From the IMG/VR virus record IMGVR_UViG_3300021430_000310, positions 1,202 through 65,201 of that record: a DNA stretch of 64,000 bases, one strand, 5' to 3'. The notes beneath the pieces were generated by a model. The model was not told the DNA's origin, did no database searches, and worked only from the letters and a program-made list of their open reading frames with translations. Below, piece after piece: positions 45,195 to 53,665 of this stretch. Origin of the DNA: a virus. Lineage: Duplodnaviria > Caudoviricetes. The first letter of the stretch is position 1. Each line of letters opens with the position of its first letter. The position numbers were made by a program, and so were the translations under genes.

Positions 45195-47497
45195 AAACTC
45201 TCCATCTTGAGGTTGAGCAGATCTGCATTGATCACACCATCCACATACAGCTTGCGCACCATGCACCACTCCAGACCAAATTCTTCCTGCACAGCCTGTT
45301 GAATGTCCGGATCTGCATCACACGCCTTAATAGCATCTGCAACCAGATCACATCCTGCGAAGCCCAACAGCACATCTGTGTTCTCACTCACTGCCACAAT
45401 GCGTTCACGAGCCAGCTGTTGCAGCTTGATCATCATGTCCTTCTTTGCAGCCACAGGTGTCTTCTTGACAACATTCTGCTTGGTCTTGCCCTTGGGCACA
45501 TTGCCCACAGTGTTGATTCGACTGTATGCAATGTGACCCTGTGCCAGTGCACGGATCTCATCCTTGTTCAGCTTGGCCAAGTCAGCCACATTACCAATCA
45601 CCTTGCTCACACTCTTGCGGGCGATGGCTTCACGCAGGAACTCGTCCTTGTTGATCTGCACACCTGAATGTGCACCACCCTTCCAGATGTCCAGGGTGCT
45701 GAGCACTTGAGCCATGAGCTCGCTGGCAGTCTTTTGTGGATAACGCACACGCAAGTTCTTGGTGGTCTCCAGCACCAGTGTGTCAAACTTGTCATCACGG
45801 TTGGGGTCAAAGCTGAGGCTGATGATCTTGCCCACCTTGTGGGGGTCAGAGCCAGGAGTGAGCACTCGGCTCATCTTCTGGATGGTGGCACCTGCCTGTC
45901 CAGCATCATAGGCCAGATACAGCTCTGTGATTTCTGGGATGCTGAATGAACGCTGTGCCATCTGGCTGGCTAGGATGAGCACACTCTGGTTCTGTTTGCG
46001 AGCCTGCTCCACCTGCTCACGCACAGTGGCTTCAGCGTTGAAGTTCTTGACTCGCTTGCTGCCCACCCTAATGTCACCACCACCCAGCACCACCACGCGC
46101 CATGCAGGCAGGACCTGTGCTGCAATTTCACCAGCAGCCTTGAGTGCACCTGAGTTCACACCAGTCTGGTGAGGCAGGAACATCATGGCCACCTTGCTCT
46201 TGTCGCGACCAAACCAGTTCAGGGTCTGCAAGTCCACATTGGCTGACTCCACCTGGTGCTTGCCCAGCAGCACAGTCTCCAGGATTCTCACAAAGAAGCC
46301 CTTGCTCTTCACAGGATGAGCTGCAAACTTGGACCAGCTGGGCAGCAGCTTCATGTCTGCATCCATCTCACCTTGAGCCGCACTTTGTGCCACAGGCACA
46401 CTCAGATCCAGCTGATACAGGCTCATGTGGGGCATCACACAGTCACGCTGAATGTCCACACTAAAGTGTTCCAGCATGTACACAGGTTGCATGCGTGGTG
46501 CACCTGCTGCCAGTGCATGTTCACTCAACCGCTTCTGCACCAGCAGCTCAGGGTATGTGACACTCACCATGTGGTCCACCTGCCAAAGCTTGATGGCTCG
46601 ATCTGAATTGGTGCCAGTCATAATGAGCACACGATGCGCTGGCTTCACACAGCTCTTGAGAGCCTGGGCTTGATTGGGGGTGTGACTGCCAAAGTCTGCT
46701 TCATCCAGGATGAGCAAAGTCTCTTTGGTCTGACTCATGAGCCAGGCAATACGAGCATCTCGCTTGCCACCTGGCGCCATGCTCACATATGCAATCACTC
46801 GCTTGTCAGCCTCAAATGCCTGCTGCACCTGTTGCTGCCAATTGGGCATCTGAGTGTCCACATGCTCATAATGGGCCCACTGTTCAAAGCTGGTGAGGTC
46901 CTTGGCAAAGCTGGCAAACACAGTCTTCACATAACTGGTGACAATCACCAGCTCTGCTTCCAGTTCACGAGCCACCACACCTGACCAGATGGTCTTACCA
47001 AACCTGGCACACAATTCTGCCAGGATCACCTGCTTGTTGCAGTCAAATGCATCAATCACCTGAACAGCCATTTCAGCTTGCAGAGTGCTCAATGCTGCCT
47101 GCGGCAGCGGCTGATTCTGTTGTGCAATCAGGCGATTCACCTTGAGGATGAGCTCTTGACTGCTCAGGGTGTGGATCTCACCTGTGGTGTTCTTGCGATA
47201 ACCCACAAAGGCACGCACATGGTCATCCATGCGTGCAGCCTGATAGCCACGACCCACCTTCTGGGCCCAATCTGACACATCCCAGTAATGATCAATTGTG
47301 ACTACGCCACTCTTGAGAAGGTCCTTTCGCACCCCCAAACTTTCTTTCACACGAGCCAACACACTGGCTTCTGCACTGGTTCCCCTGTGCACCCACCGCT
47401 CACCAAACTTGCACTCATCAGGCTTGTCTGATTCGCTCCACACATACAGCATCATGCGATCATGGGTGGTGATGTCAGGCTGAGCATATTGTGTCAT
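45191..47497 (-). CDS. SF2 helicase/translocase with N-terminal GIY-YIG/T5orf172-like domain (restriction-subunit-like)
   Basis: LYVW..KFG..R..DD..GE N-terminus; ARFGKT, LDEADFGSH, MTGT, QKMSRVLT. Confidence 0.75.
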   Translation of the reverse strand: MTQYAQPDITTHDRMMLYVWSESDKPDECKFGERWVHRGTSAEASVLARVKESLGVRKDLLKSGVVTIDHYWDVSDWAQKVGRGYQAARMDDHVRAFVGYRKNTTGEIHTLSSQELILKVNRLIAQQNQPLPQAALSTLQAEMAVQVIDAFDCNKQVILAELCARFGKTIWSGVVARELEAELVIVTSYVKTVFASFAKDLTSFEQWAHYEHVDTQMPNWQQQVQQAFEADKRVIAYVSMAPGGKRDARIAWLMSQTKETLLILDEADFGSHTPNQAQALKSCVKPAHRVLIMTGTNSDRAIKLWQVDHMVSVTYPELLVQKRLSEHALAAGAPRMQPVYMLEHFSVDIQRDCVMPHMSLYQLDLSVPVAQSAAQGEMDADMKLLPSWSKFAAHPVKSKGFFVRILETVLLGKHQVESANVDLQTLNWFGRDKSKVAMMFLPHQTGVNSGALKAAGEIAAQVLPAWRVVVLGGGDIRVGSKRVKNFNAEATVREQVEQARKQNQSVLILASQMAQRSFSIPEITELYLAYDAGQAGATIQKMSRVLTPGSDPHKVGKIISLSFDPNRDDKFDTLVLETTKNLRVRYPQKTASELMAQVLSTLDIWKGGAHSGVQINKDEFLREAIARKSVSKVIGNVADLAKLNKDEIRALAQGHIAYSRINTVGNVPKGKTKQNVVKKTPVAAKKDMMIKLQQLARERIVAVSENTDVLLGFAGCDLVADAIKACDADPDIQQAVQEEFGLEWCMVRKLYVDGVINADLLNLKMESL

Positions 47498-47521
47498 GTG
47501 GTTATCCTCTATCGCAGCGTC

Positions 47522-47549
47522 ATTATAGCATGGTTGACTTCATTGTCAA
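47522..47549 (-). promoter_or_regulatory. Early promoter driving the R-M-like cassette
   Basis: TTGACA-16-TATAAT; AGAGGA SD downstream. Confidence 0.8.
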
Positions 47550-47550
47550 G

Positions 47551-47853
47551 TCAAGATCCTGCCAGCAGACGCTTAATTTCCTTGTAATTATCGCACACTG
47601 CATGCCATCTGGTGCTCAAAAGGAACAAGCTCCTGGCTATAGCGTAGAGCATGATCCAGGTGCCCCACACACTCAGCATGTAGTAACAGATCACAACCAC
47701 CATGCACCATGTGTCTCTTAACATGAAACGCAGCATGCCTTCTGCACTATGTGTCACATAGATGGCTGTCACCACAGTCAGTCTGGCATGCACCCACGCA
47801 AAAGCAGTGATCATGGCCATTAACACAAATTCCATCATGGTGGTAGCAGCCAT
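47551..47853 (-). CDS. Small membrane protein
   Basis: Two to three hydrophobic segments. Confidence 0.55.
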   Translation of the reverse strand: MAATTMMEFVLMAMITAFAWVHARLTVVTAIYVTHSAEGMLRFMLRDTWCMVVVICYYMLSVWGTWIMLYAIARSLFLLSTRWHAVCDNYKEIKRLLAGS

Positions 47854-48251
47854 CCTAGCATGCGGTCCAGTTGCGACGCAAATTGATCAGGCATGTATTC
47901 TTTCGTGTGCAACACAGGAGAAGCCATCATGTGCACCAACAGTTGTGTTTCAGGTGCTACACACCAGACCTGCACACCCACACTCAAATGCGTTCTGCCG
48001 CGGCGACTACAGAACACATGCGGATGTGCAGATTCTGCAAGCCAGTTAACCATAACATCCACATCATGTGTCTGATCAAATGGATCACCGGCCCAATTGT
48101 TGATCACCATCCTGTGCCAGTTCTGGTCAGTGGGCGTGTGCACTAATTCTGTGTGCCATGCATGTGTTTGAGCTGTGCTCAGCCTACTATAGCTGGTGCA
48201 GAATCTGTCTGTCCACAATTTGTGGAAGGGCGTGGATGTGTGTCTAGCCAT
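47835..48251 (-). CDS. Hypothetical protein
   Basis: Tandem overlapping ORF. Confidence 0.55.
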   Translation of the reverse strand: MARHTSTPFHKLWTDRFCTSYSRLSTAQTHAWHTELVHTPTDQNWHRMVINNWAGDPFDQTHDVDVMVNWLAESAHPHVFCSRRGRTHLSVGVQVWCVAPETQLLVHMMASPVLHTKEYMPDQFASQLDRMLGWLLPP

Positions 48252-48549
48252 TAGTTTGGTTCACTTGTTCAATCTGCCATTCTGATTCCAGCACAGGCAG
48301 CACACATGAAGTGCCTGAATATCCGTTCAGCTGTCGCACACTCGTGATCAAATGGGTGTAATAGTTTCGGCCCACATATTTGAGAGAAGGCTTTTTGATG
48401 TAAGCCTTACCTGTCTTGCTCAGATTGCTCTTTACATAACAGCCTGCTTGCTGATACACATTACCATCTGGCAGCTTGACCCGGACCTCACGGCTGGGGC
48501 AGAAATACATGCCTGTGGGCACATGCAGGATGCGATAAAGAGTGGTCAT
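48244..48549 (-). CDS. Hypothetical protein
   Basis: YRILHVPTGMYF..SNLSKTGKAY, a recurrent phage pattern; GGAG SD. Confidence 0.75.
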   Translation of the reverse strand: MTTLYRILHVPTGMYFCPSREVRVKLPDGNVYQQAGCYVKSNLSKTGKAYIKKPSLKYVGRNYYTHLITSVRQLNGYSGTSCVLPVLESEWQIEQVNQTNG

Positions 48550-48568
48550 GTGGGCTCCATGTGGATGA

Positions 48569-48597
48569 ATAATACGCTATAAATGTGATACAGTCAA
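48569..48597 (-). promoter_or_regulatory. Early promoter
   Basis: TTGACT-17-TATTAT. Confidence 0.55.
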
Positions 48598-48750
48598 TGG
48601 GCTTCTGACCCTGCACATGGTTGTGAGAAACGCATGAGCATCAGACTGTGTGCGTCGTGGAATTTGGTCCTGATAGGTGTAGATGGCCGAGTGCTCTGGA
48701 TTGGCTTGATTCCCAGGATCACACCACATGGTTGAACAGTGAATCTGAAT

Positions 48751-48957
48751 TCATGGTGATGGTGTCACCTGTTCTGCTTGATTGAGCACTTGCAGCATCC
48801 ATGTGACCTGAGCAGGATCCAGCCAGTAGCACTCATACTCTTCTGCTTGCTTGGGCATCTTGGCCATCTGTAGGTGACCCCTGAACAGCCTCACAGCATG
48901 TTCATCTTCATCTGCGTGCCAAGGATCACCAGCGTATGTCTTGAATTCATCCATCAT
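48751..48957 (-). CDS. Hypothetical protein
   Basis: QMAKMPK..YW.DP....WML..LN. Confidence 0.6.
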   Translation of the reverse strand: MMDEFKTYAGDPWHADEDEHAVRLFRGHLQMAKMPKQAEEYECYWLDPAQVTWMLQVLNQAEQVTPSP

Positions 48958-49189
48958 GGCGGGCCTCTTCCCACACTTCACAAACCACAGGTTCGGTGAA
49001 CGTGCTCTGTTTGAGTCGCACCAGCTGTGGCTTGTGCAGAGTGTGCATGGGTCCCATGAACCAATATGCAGCAACCTGGGGCTTCCAGGTGCACATCACA
49101 TAATGGGCACTCACTGTGGTATCAGTTGTGGGAGTGAATGACTGTGCATGTGCACAAGTGCTGCAAGGTGTGGGCACAAATTCATCCAT
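48947..49189 (-). CDS. Small Cys-rich hypothetical protein
   Basis: AGGAGA SD; CxxC...C...C. Confidence 0.6.
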   Translation of the reverse strand: MDEFVPTPCSTCAHAQSFTPTTDTTVSAHYVMCTWKPQVAAYWFMGPMHTLHKPQLVRLKQSTFTEPVVCEVWEEARHDG

Positions 49190-49218
49190 GGTATTATCTC
49201 CTGTGTTTGTGGTCAAGT

Positions 49219-50211
49219 TCACGCCTCCACCTTGTTCCAGAAGGCTTTGACCACACTGCGACCACGCTCCTTGCTGAGGCCCAGCTTGCTGCACACCAGC
49301 TCAATCATGCCCTTCTCATCCATGCTCACCTTGTTCACACGGATCAGGTCACGCACCTGGCTGGCCACAGTGGGCGCACCCCGGGTGGCCTTGGGCTTGA
49401 TCTGGATCACCTTGGTCTCCTTGGAGGCCTTCACAGCCTTCACCTTGGTGACCTTCACAGGCTTCTCCGCCTTCACAGCCTTGGTCTTGGTCTTGGCTTC
49501 CACTGCCTTCACCTTGGCAGTCTCCTTCTTGGCCTTCTCCTTGACAGCCTGCACATCACCACCCAGGGTGGTCAGGATCTCCTGCAGGGGCTTGACCCAC
49601 ATCTTGAGCACCTTGTCTGCCAGTGCCTCGTTCAGGCCCTGTGTGTAGTGCTCCATGAGCCGCTTGCGCACCTGTGCCCGGGCGCCCTGGGCATCCAGGA
49701 TGTGTTCCACTTCACCCTTGATGTCCTTGAGCTCGATCTTGCCGTTCAGGAAGCGAGCCTTCACATTGTCCAAGCGGCTGTAGCAGGCCTTGTAGATCTC
49801 GTTCACGCGGCCAGCAGCAGTCTGTGCCTGCGCCGGCATGTCCGTGGAGGCCACCACAGTCACAGGCGTCTGTGCATCACGCACCTGCTCCAGGGCGGTG
49901 CGGATGCGCAGCAGGCTCTTGGGAGCCAGCTCAGCACCACGGTTCACACAGTAGGCGATCTTGCCCAGCGTGCTGAACGTGACACCATCCAGGTCTGCCA
50001 CGTAGGGCACCAGGGCCTCAGCCTTGCGATCCTGCAAGCACTTGATCAGCTCTTCCTTGAGTTCGCTCTCATCCACGTTATAGTGGACCCAGTTGAGGGC
50101 CTTCACATACTGGATGCTGAACTCCGTGTGCATGTGGTTGATGGCACTAAAGTTGGGCGCATCACCACGCAGTTCACGCACCTTGCGATCAGTTGCATTC
50201 ATCTTGGCCAT
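49219..50211 (-). CDS. Early protein with Lys/Ala-rich histone-like linker and C-terminal helical module shared with SprT
   Basis: AKVKAVEAKTKTKAVKAEK...; GC-rich; promoter and GAGGAG SD. Confidence 0.8.
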   Translation of the reverse strand: MAKMNATDRKVRELRGDAPNFSAINHMHTEFSIQYVKALNWVHYNVDESELKEELIKCLQDRKAEALVPYVADLDGVTFSTLGKIAYCVNRGAELAPKSLLRIRTALEQVRDAQTPVTVVASTDMPAQAQTAAGRVNEIYKACYSRLDNVKARFLNGKIELKDIKGEVEHILDAQGARAQVRKRLMEHYTQGLNEALADKVLKMWVKPLQEILTTLGGDVQAVKEKAKKETAKVKAVEAKTKTKAVKAEKPVKVTKVKAVKASKETKVIQIKPKATRGAPTVASQVRDLIRVNKVSMDEKGMIELVCSKLGLSKERGRSVVKAFWNKVEA

Positions 50212-50239
50212 GGTGTGTTGCTCCTCGTCTTGTGTGTGC

Positions 50240-50267
50240 ATTATAGCATGATCACAGGTTCAGTCAA
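50240..50267 (-). promoter_or_regulatory. Early promoter
   Basis: TTGACT-16-TATAAT. Confidence 0.8.
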
Positions 50268-50275
50268 GCATTATT

Positions 50276-50437
50276 TCACCGCTTTAGGTGATTGAATGCA
50301 TCCTGCAACGATTGCTCAATCCATGCTGCATCTGCATAACCAATGCGACGGCTGAGCTGAGCCAGCTTGAATTTCATGCGCTCCACACACAGGTCCACAG
50401 CCTGATTGTGCACTTGAGTCACATCTGCATCATCCAT
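50276..50437 (-). CDS. Small hypothetical protein
   Basis: AGGAG SD after promoter. Confidence 0.55.
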   Translation of the reverse strand: MDDADVTQVHNQAVDLCVERMKFKLAQLSRRIGYADAAWIEQSLQDAFNHLKR

Positions 50438-50461
50438 CGTATGTGCTCCTGTTGTGTGTGC

Positions 50462-50489
50462 ATTATAGCATGCAGATGACATGTGTCAA
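50462..50489 (-). promoter_or_regulatory. Early promoter
   Basis: TTGACA-16-TATAAT. Confidence 0.8.
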
Positions 50490-50505
50490 CTGTTTTTAAA
50501 GCTTG

Positions 50506-50694
50506 TCACTTTTTTGTGACACCGCGACTCCAAATCACACGATTGCCCCTGGTCACATGCACTGTGCGACCTCCACCTTCTCGCAAGTATCGCATACCCA
50601 GTCGCTTGGCTTCTGCCAAGCTGTCCAGGGCCCACACAAAGCGAAATTTGTGAGCTCGCCAGGCAGTCAGATTGTGTGCTATATTTCTCATCAT
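50506..50694 (-). CDS. Small basic protein, probably leaderless
   Basis: ATG 6 nt after the -10 box. Confidence 0.55.
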   Translation of the reverse strand: MMRNIAHNLTAWRAHKFRFVWALDSLAEAKRLGMRYLREGGGRTVHVTRGNRVIWSRGVTKK

Positions 50695-50700
50695 GACCTC

Positions 50701-50728
50701 ATTATAGCATGCATGTGATCCCTGTCAA
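50701..50728 (-). promoter_or_regulatory. Early promoter
   Basis: TTGACA-16-TATAAT. Confidence 0.8.
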
Positions 50729-50769
50729 CCAGAATCTCACACAAATCATGTAGCATTTCTGCCACACTG

Positions 50770-50949
50770 TTACTCACTTGCAACCAGGCCACGCCAACCA
50801 CTCACAGGATGGTGGCTGAGCAAGGGCTCATGGTCACAATATATCACACACTCAAAGCCCGCTTTGAGGGCTGAGGCTTTGGCTTGATCCAGATCTGGAC
50901 CCACATATGTAAAGTAACCAAAGTTGGTGAGATATGTGCGATAAATCAT
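50770..50949 (-). CDS. Small hypothetical protein (59 aa; not in ORF track)
   Basis: MIYRTYLTNFGYFTYVG.DL..AK..A.KAGFE; ATGA overlap with upstream gene. Confidence 0.6.
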   Translation of the reverse strand: MIYRTYLTNFGYFTYVGPDLDQAKASALKAGFECVIYCDHEPLLSHHPVSGWRGLVASE

Positions 50950-51287
50950 GGCATCTTCCTTCCAGTCTTGGCAGTGTTCAACTCAGGTGTAAGTGTGCGA
51001 ATCCAATGCACTTCTCGCTCATGAGCCTGAGCCTTACCCCGCACTCGCTCTAGCACTTCCAGTTGAAAGGCTGCGGCACCCCACTTGCGAATACTCACAC
51101 ACAGAGCCCAATCATGCGCCTCGCGCATAGCACGATTCACATGTTTCATGAAGCGTCGCTGCACACTCTGTGTGGGTGTGCCTGCCATCACCGTGATGCC
51201 CACATAGCGGGCATGATCAGGAGCCAGGATGCAATACACCACATGGTTGCGATCGCTACGCTTTTTACGGCGAACTTGCTGCTTCAT
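50946..51287 (-). CDS. Minimal GIY-YIG endonuclease-like protein
   Basis: VVYCI..RYVGIT..RRFMKH..E..WI..LN. Confidence 0.75.
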   Translation of the reverse strand: MKQQVRRKKRSDRNHVVYCILAPDHARYVGITVMAGTPTQSVQRRFMKHVNRAMREAHDWALCVSIRKWGAAAFQLEVLERVRGKAQAHEREVHWIRTLTPELNTAKTGRKMP

Positions 51288-51293
51288 GAGCCC

Positions 51294-51321
51294 ATTATAA
51301 CATGAACAGCATGTGCGTCAA
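51294..51321 (-). promoter_or_regulatory. Early promoter
   Basis: TTGACG-16-TATAAT. Confidence 0.8.
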
Positions 51322-51360
51322 CCAGTTTTTTCCTGAATCCATGTATTAATTTTGTGACAG

Positions 51361-51393
51361 AAAAAGGATTGATTGCATTCATGCAATCAATCC
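51361..51393 (-). terminator. Terminator after pstS
   Basis: 13-bp stem GGATTGATTGCAT/ATGCAATCAATCC plus T5. Confidence 0.8.
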
Positions 51394-51415
51394 TCTGTCA
51401 AGCATAATTTTCAGT

Positions 51416-52432
51416 TTAATTTGGGTTAATTCTGGTGCGCAGCTCTTGCAACAGTTGGTCTTTTACTGTGCGGGGCAAGGGCACATAATGCAATCTGGCT
51501 GCACTTGCATCACCATGTTCAAATGCCCATGTGATGAACTGTATGACCCGTTCACTACGTGTGGCATCCACAGGGTTGGTGGGCATCAACAAATAGGTGG
51601 CACCCACGATGGGCCAGGTTTGGTCGCCTGCTTGATTGAGCAGATTGGGCACAAAGCCATTAGCAGGGGTGAACTCTGCATTTAGTGCTGCTGCAATCAC
51701 ATTTTGGGCAGTGGGCTGCACAAAGTTGCCTGCTCTGTTTTGCAGTTGCGCCACAGGCAGTCGATTGATGACTGCAAAGCTGCTCTCCACATAGCCAATG
51801 CTGCCTGGGCTGCGGCTCACCATGCTGCTCACACCCTCATTACCTCTGGCACCCTGCCCGGTGGGCCATCGCACACTGGTGGCTGACCCCACTTGGTCTC
51901 TCCATGTGAGACTCACCTCACTCAAATATTTGGTATAGATCCACGTGGTGCCACTGCCATCAGCACGATAGAGTGGTGCAATGCTCATGCGCCTAAGTGG
52001 CACTCCTGGATTCACAGCCACCAGTCTGGCATCATTCCAGTGAGTGATCTTGCCCAGATAGATATCAGCCAGCAGTTCGGGTGTGAGTCTCAGACTGCCT
52101 GGTGTCACACCTGGCAGGTTGTAGGCAAGCACAATGCTGCCTGTGACCGTGGGAATCTGAATCAGATTGTGGGCAGCCAGTCTGGCTGGATCCAGTGGAG
52201 CATCACTTGCACCAAAATCCACAGTTCTGTTGGAGATCTGATTCACACCTGCGCCTGAGCCTATGCTCTGATAGTTCACATGAAATCCCAGTTGGGATTG
52301 AGCATCGGATGCCCAGCGTTGATAAATGGGGGCTGGAAAGCTGGCTCCAGCACCACTTATGTTTTGAGATTGAGCTTGCATGGTGACCATCATGCACATG
52401 CCCAACATGGTGAGTAATTTGGTTAAACGCAT
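51416..52432 (-). CDS. pstS: Phosphate-binding periplasmic protein PstS
   Basis: GAGASFPAP.Y, YQSIGSGAG, DFGASD, RADGSGTT, GNEGV, GSIGYVE, WPIVG.TY. Confidence 0.95.
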   Translation of the reverse strand: MRLTKLLTMLGMCMMVTMQAQSQNISGAGASFPAPIYQRWASDAQSQLGFHVNYQSIGSGAGVNQISNRTVDFGASDAPLDPARLAAHNLIQIPTVTGSIVLAYNLPGVTPGSLRLTPELLADIYLGKITHWNDARLVAVNPGVPLRRMSIAPLYRADGSGTTWIYTKYLSEVSLTWRDQVGSATSVRWPTGQGARGNEGVSSMVSRSPGSIGYVESSFAVINRLPVAQLQNRAGNFVQPTAQNVIAAALNAEFTPANGFVPNLLNQAGDQTWPIVGATYLLMPTNPVDATRSERVIQFITWAFEHGDASAARLHYVPLPRTVKDQLLQELRTRINPN

Positions 52433-52535
52433 ATGAAATCCTTGGTTATGGGTTGTATGTGTAGTGTGGATGTGGATTTAGCCAATATCAACTGTGTCAC
52501 ACACATTTAACAAATGTGCAACACATGAACAAACC

Positions 52536-52541
52536 TAAATA
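52536..52541 (+). promoter_or_regulatory. Putative late promoter
   Basis: CTAAATA upstream of the neck gene. Confidence 0.55.
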
Positions 52542-52561
52542 TCCCAAAGGAGTTGTGTGAC

Positions 52562-53650
52562 ATGCCACCATTAACATTCTGGAAAGGACCTGGTGCCAGA
52601 GGTAAGGATTATCAGTTCTTTGATAAGCGAGCCAGCGAGTATATCAGGATAGGTGGCACCGAAATTTATATCCACAAATATCTGGGACCTGCCAGCACGC
52701 TGAATGCCACACCTGATCCTGAAGAAAATATACTCAACATAAGTGATTTGGTCAACTTGGAAATCAGAGACAGAAAGTATGACCCTGATGTGTACAGTTT
52801 GAAGGGTCACTACATGGTGAGTGATTCAGAATTTGATCTCAAACAATTTGGTTTGTTTTTGAGTTCAGACACCACATTCATCACATTTCACATTAATGAC
52901 ATGGTGGAGATTCTGGGACGCAGACTCATGAGTGGTGATGTTCTGGAACTCTTGCATTGGAGAGACACCAACACCCTGGACAACAAGCCCATCAACAAGT
53001 TCATGGTGGTGCAGGAAGGCACCAAACCTGCAGAAGGATTCAGCCCCACTTGGTGGGCACATTTGTGGAGGGTCAAGTGTCAGCCACTCACAGACAGCCA
53101 GGAATATCAGGACATTCTGGATCAGGAATTGGGCGACAGAGGAGATGGCATTGATGGTGGATTCACTAAACCTGACGGATCAGCAGGCACACTGGGTGAT
53201 CTGTTGAGCACATACGACAAAGAAATTGAAATCAACGATGCAATTGTGGATGAAGCCAAGGCTGCTGTGCCGTTCAGAAACTACCAAACACAACACTTTT
53301 ATGTGTTGCAGAAGGATGAACTGAGCAGGCCAGATGTGTTCAGCACAGATGGCATACCACCCAATTCCAGTAAGCCAGTGCCCACAGGCACCACATTCCC
53401 CACTCTGTATCAGGAAGGGGATTGGTTCCTCCGAGTGGATTATGTGCCACCTGTGTTGTTTGTGAGAACTGCCACCAGCTGGAAGAAAGTGGAAACCAAC
53501 TATAGAGCTGAGTGGCTACCAGCAGGCAGAGTGTTGGCCAGCTTCATCAACAATACAGATCAGACCACATACACAGATGGCACACAAGCTCCTGTCAAAC
53601 AGAATTTGCGCAAGGCTGTGTCAGCCAAATTGGATCCCGACATCATTTAA
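52562..53650 (+). CDS. gp14: Neck protein (gp14-like)
   Basis: IGGTEIYIHKYLG, EIRDRKYD, FDLKQFGLFL..DT.FITFH, GDVLE.H. Confidence 0.8.
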   Translation: MPPLTFWKGPGARGKDYQFFDKRASEYIRIGGTEIYIHKYLGPASTLNATPDPEENILNISDLVNLEIRDRKYDPDVYSLKGHYMVSDSEFDLKQFGLFLSSDTTFITFHINDMVEILGRRLMSGDVLELLHWRDTNTLDNKPINKFMVVQEGTKPAEGFSPTWWAHLWRVKCQPLTDSQEYQDILDQELGDRGDGIDGGFTKPDGSAGTLGDLLSTYDKEIEINDAIVDEAKAAVPFRNYQTQHFYVLQKDELSRPDVFSTDGIPPNSSKPVPTGTTFPTLYQEGDWFLRVDYVPPVLFVRTATSWKKVETNYRAEWLPAGRVLASFINNTDQTTYTDGTQAPVKQNLRKAVSAKLDPDII

Positions 53651-53665
53651 GGTCACACATACAAC

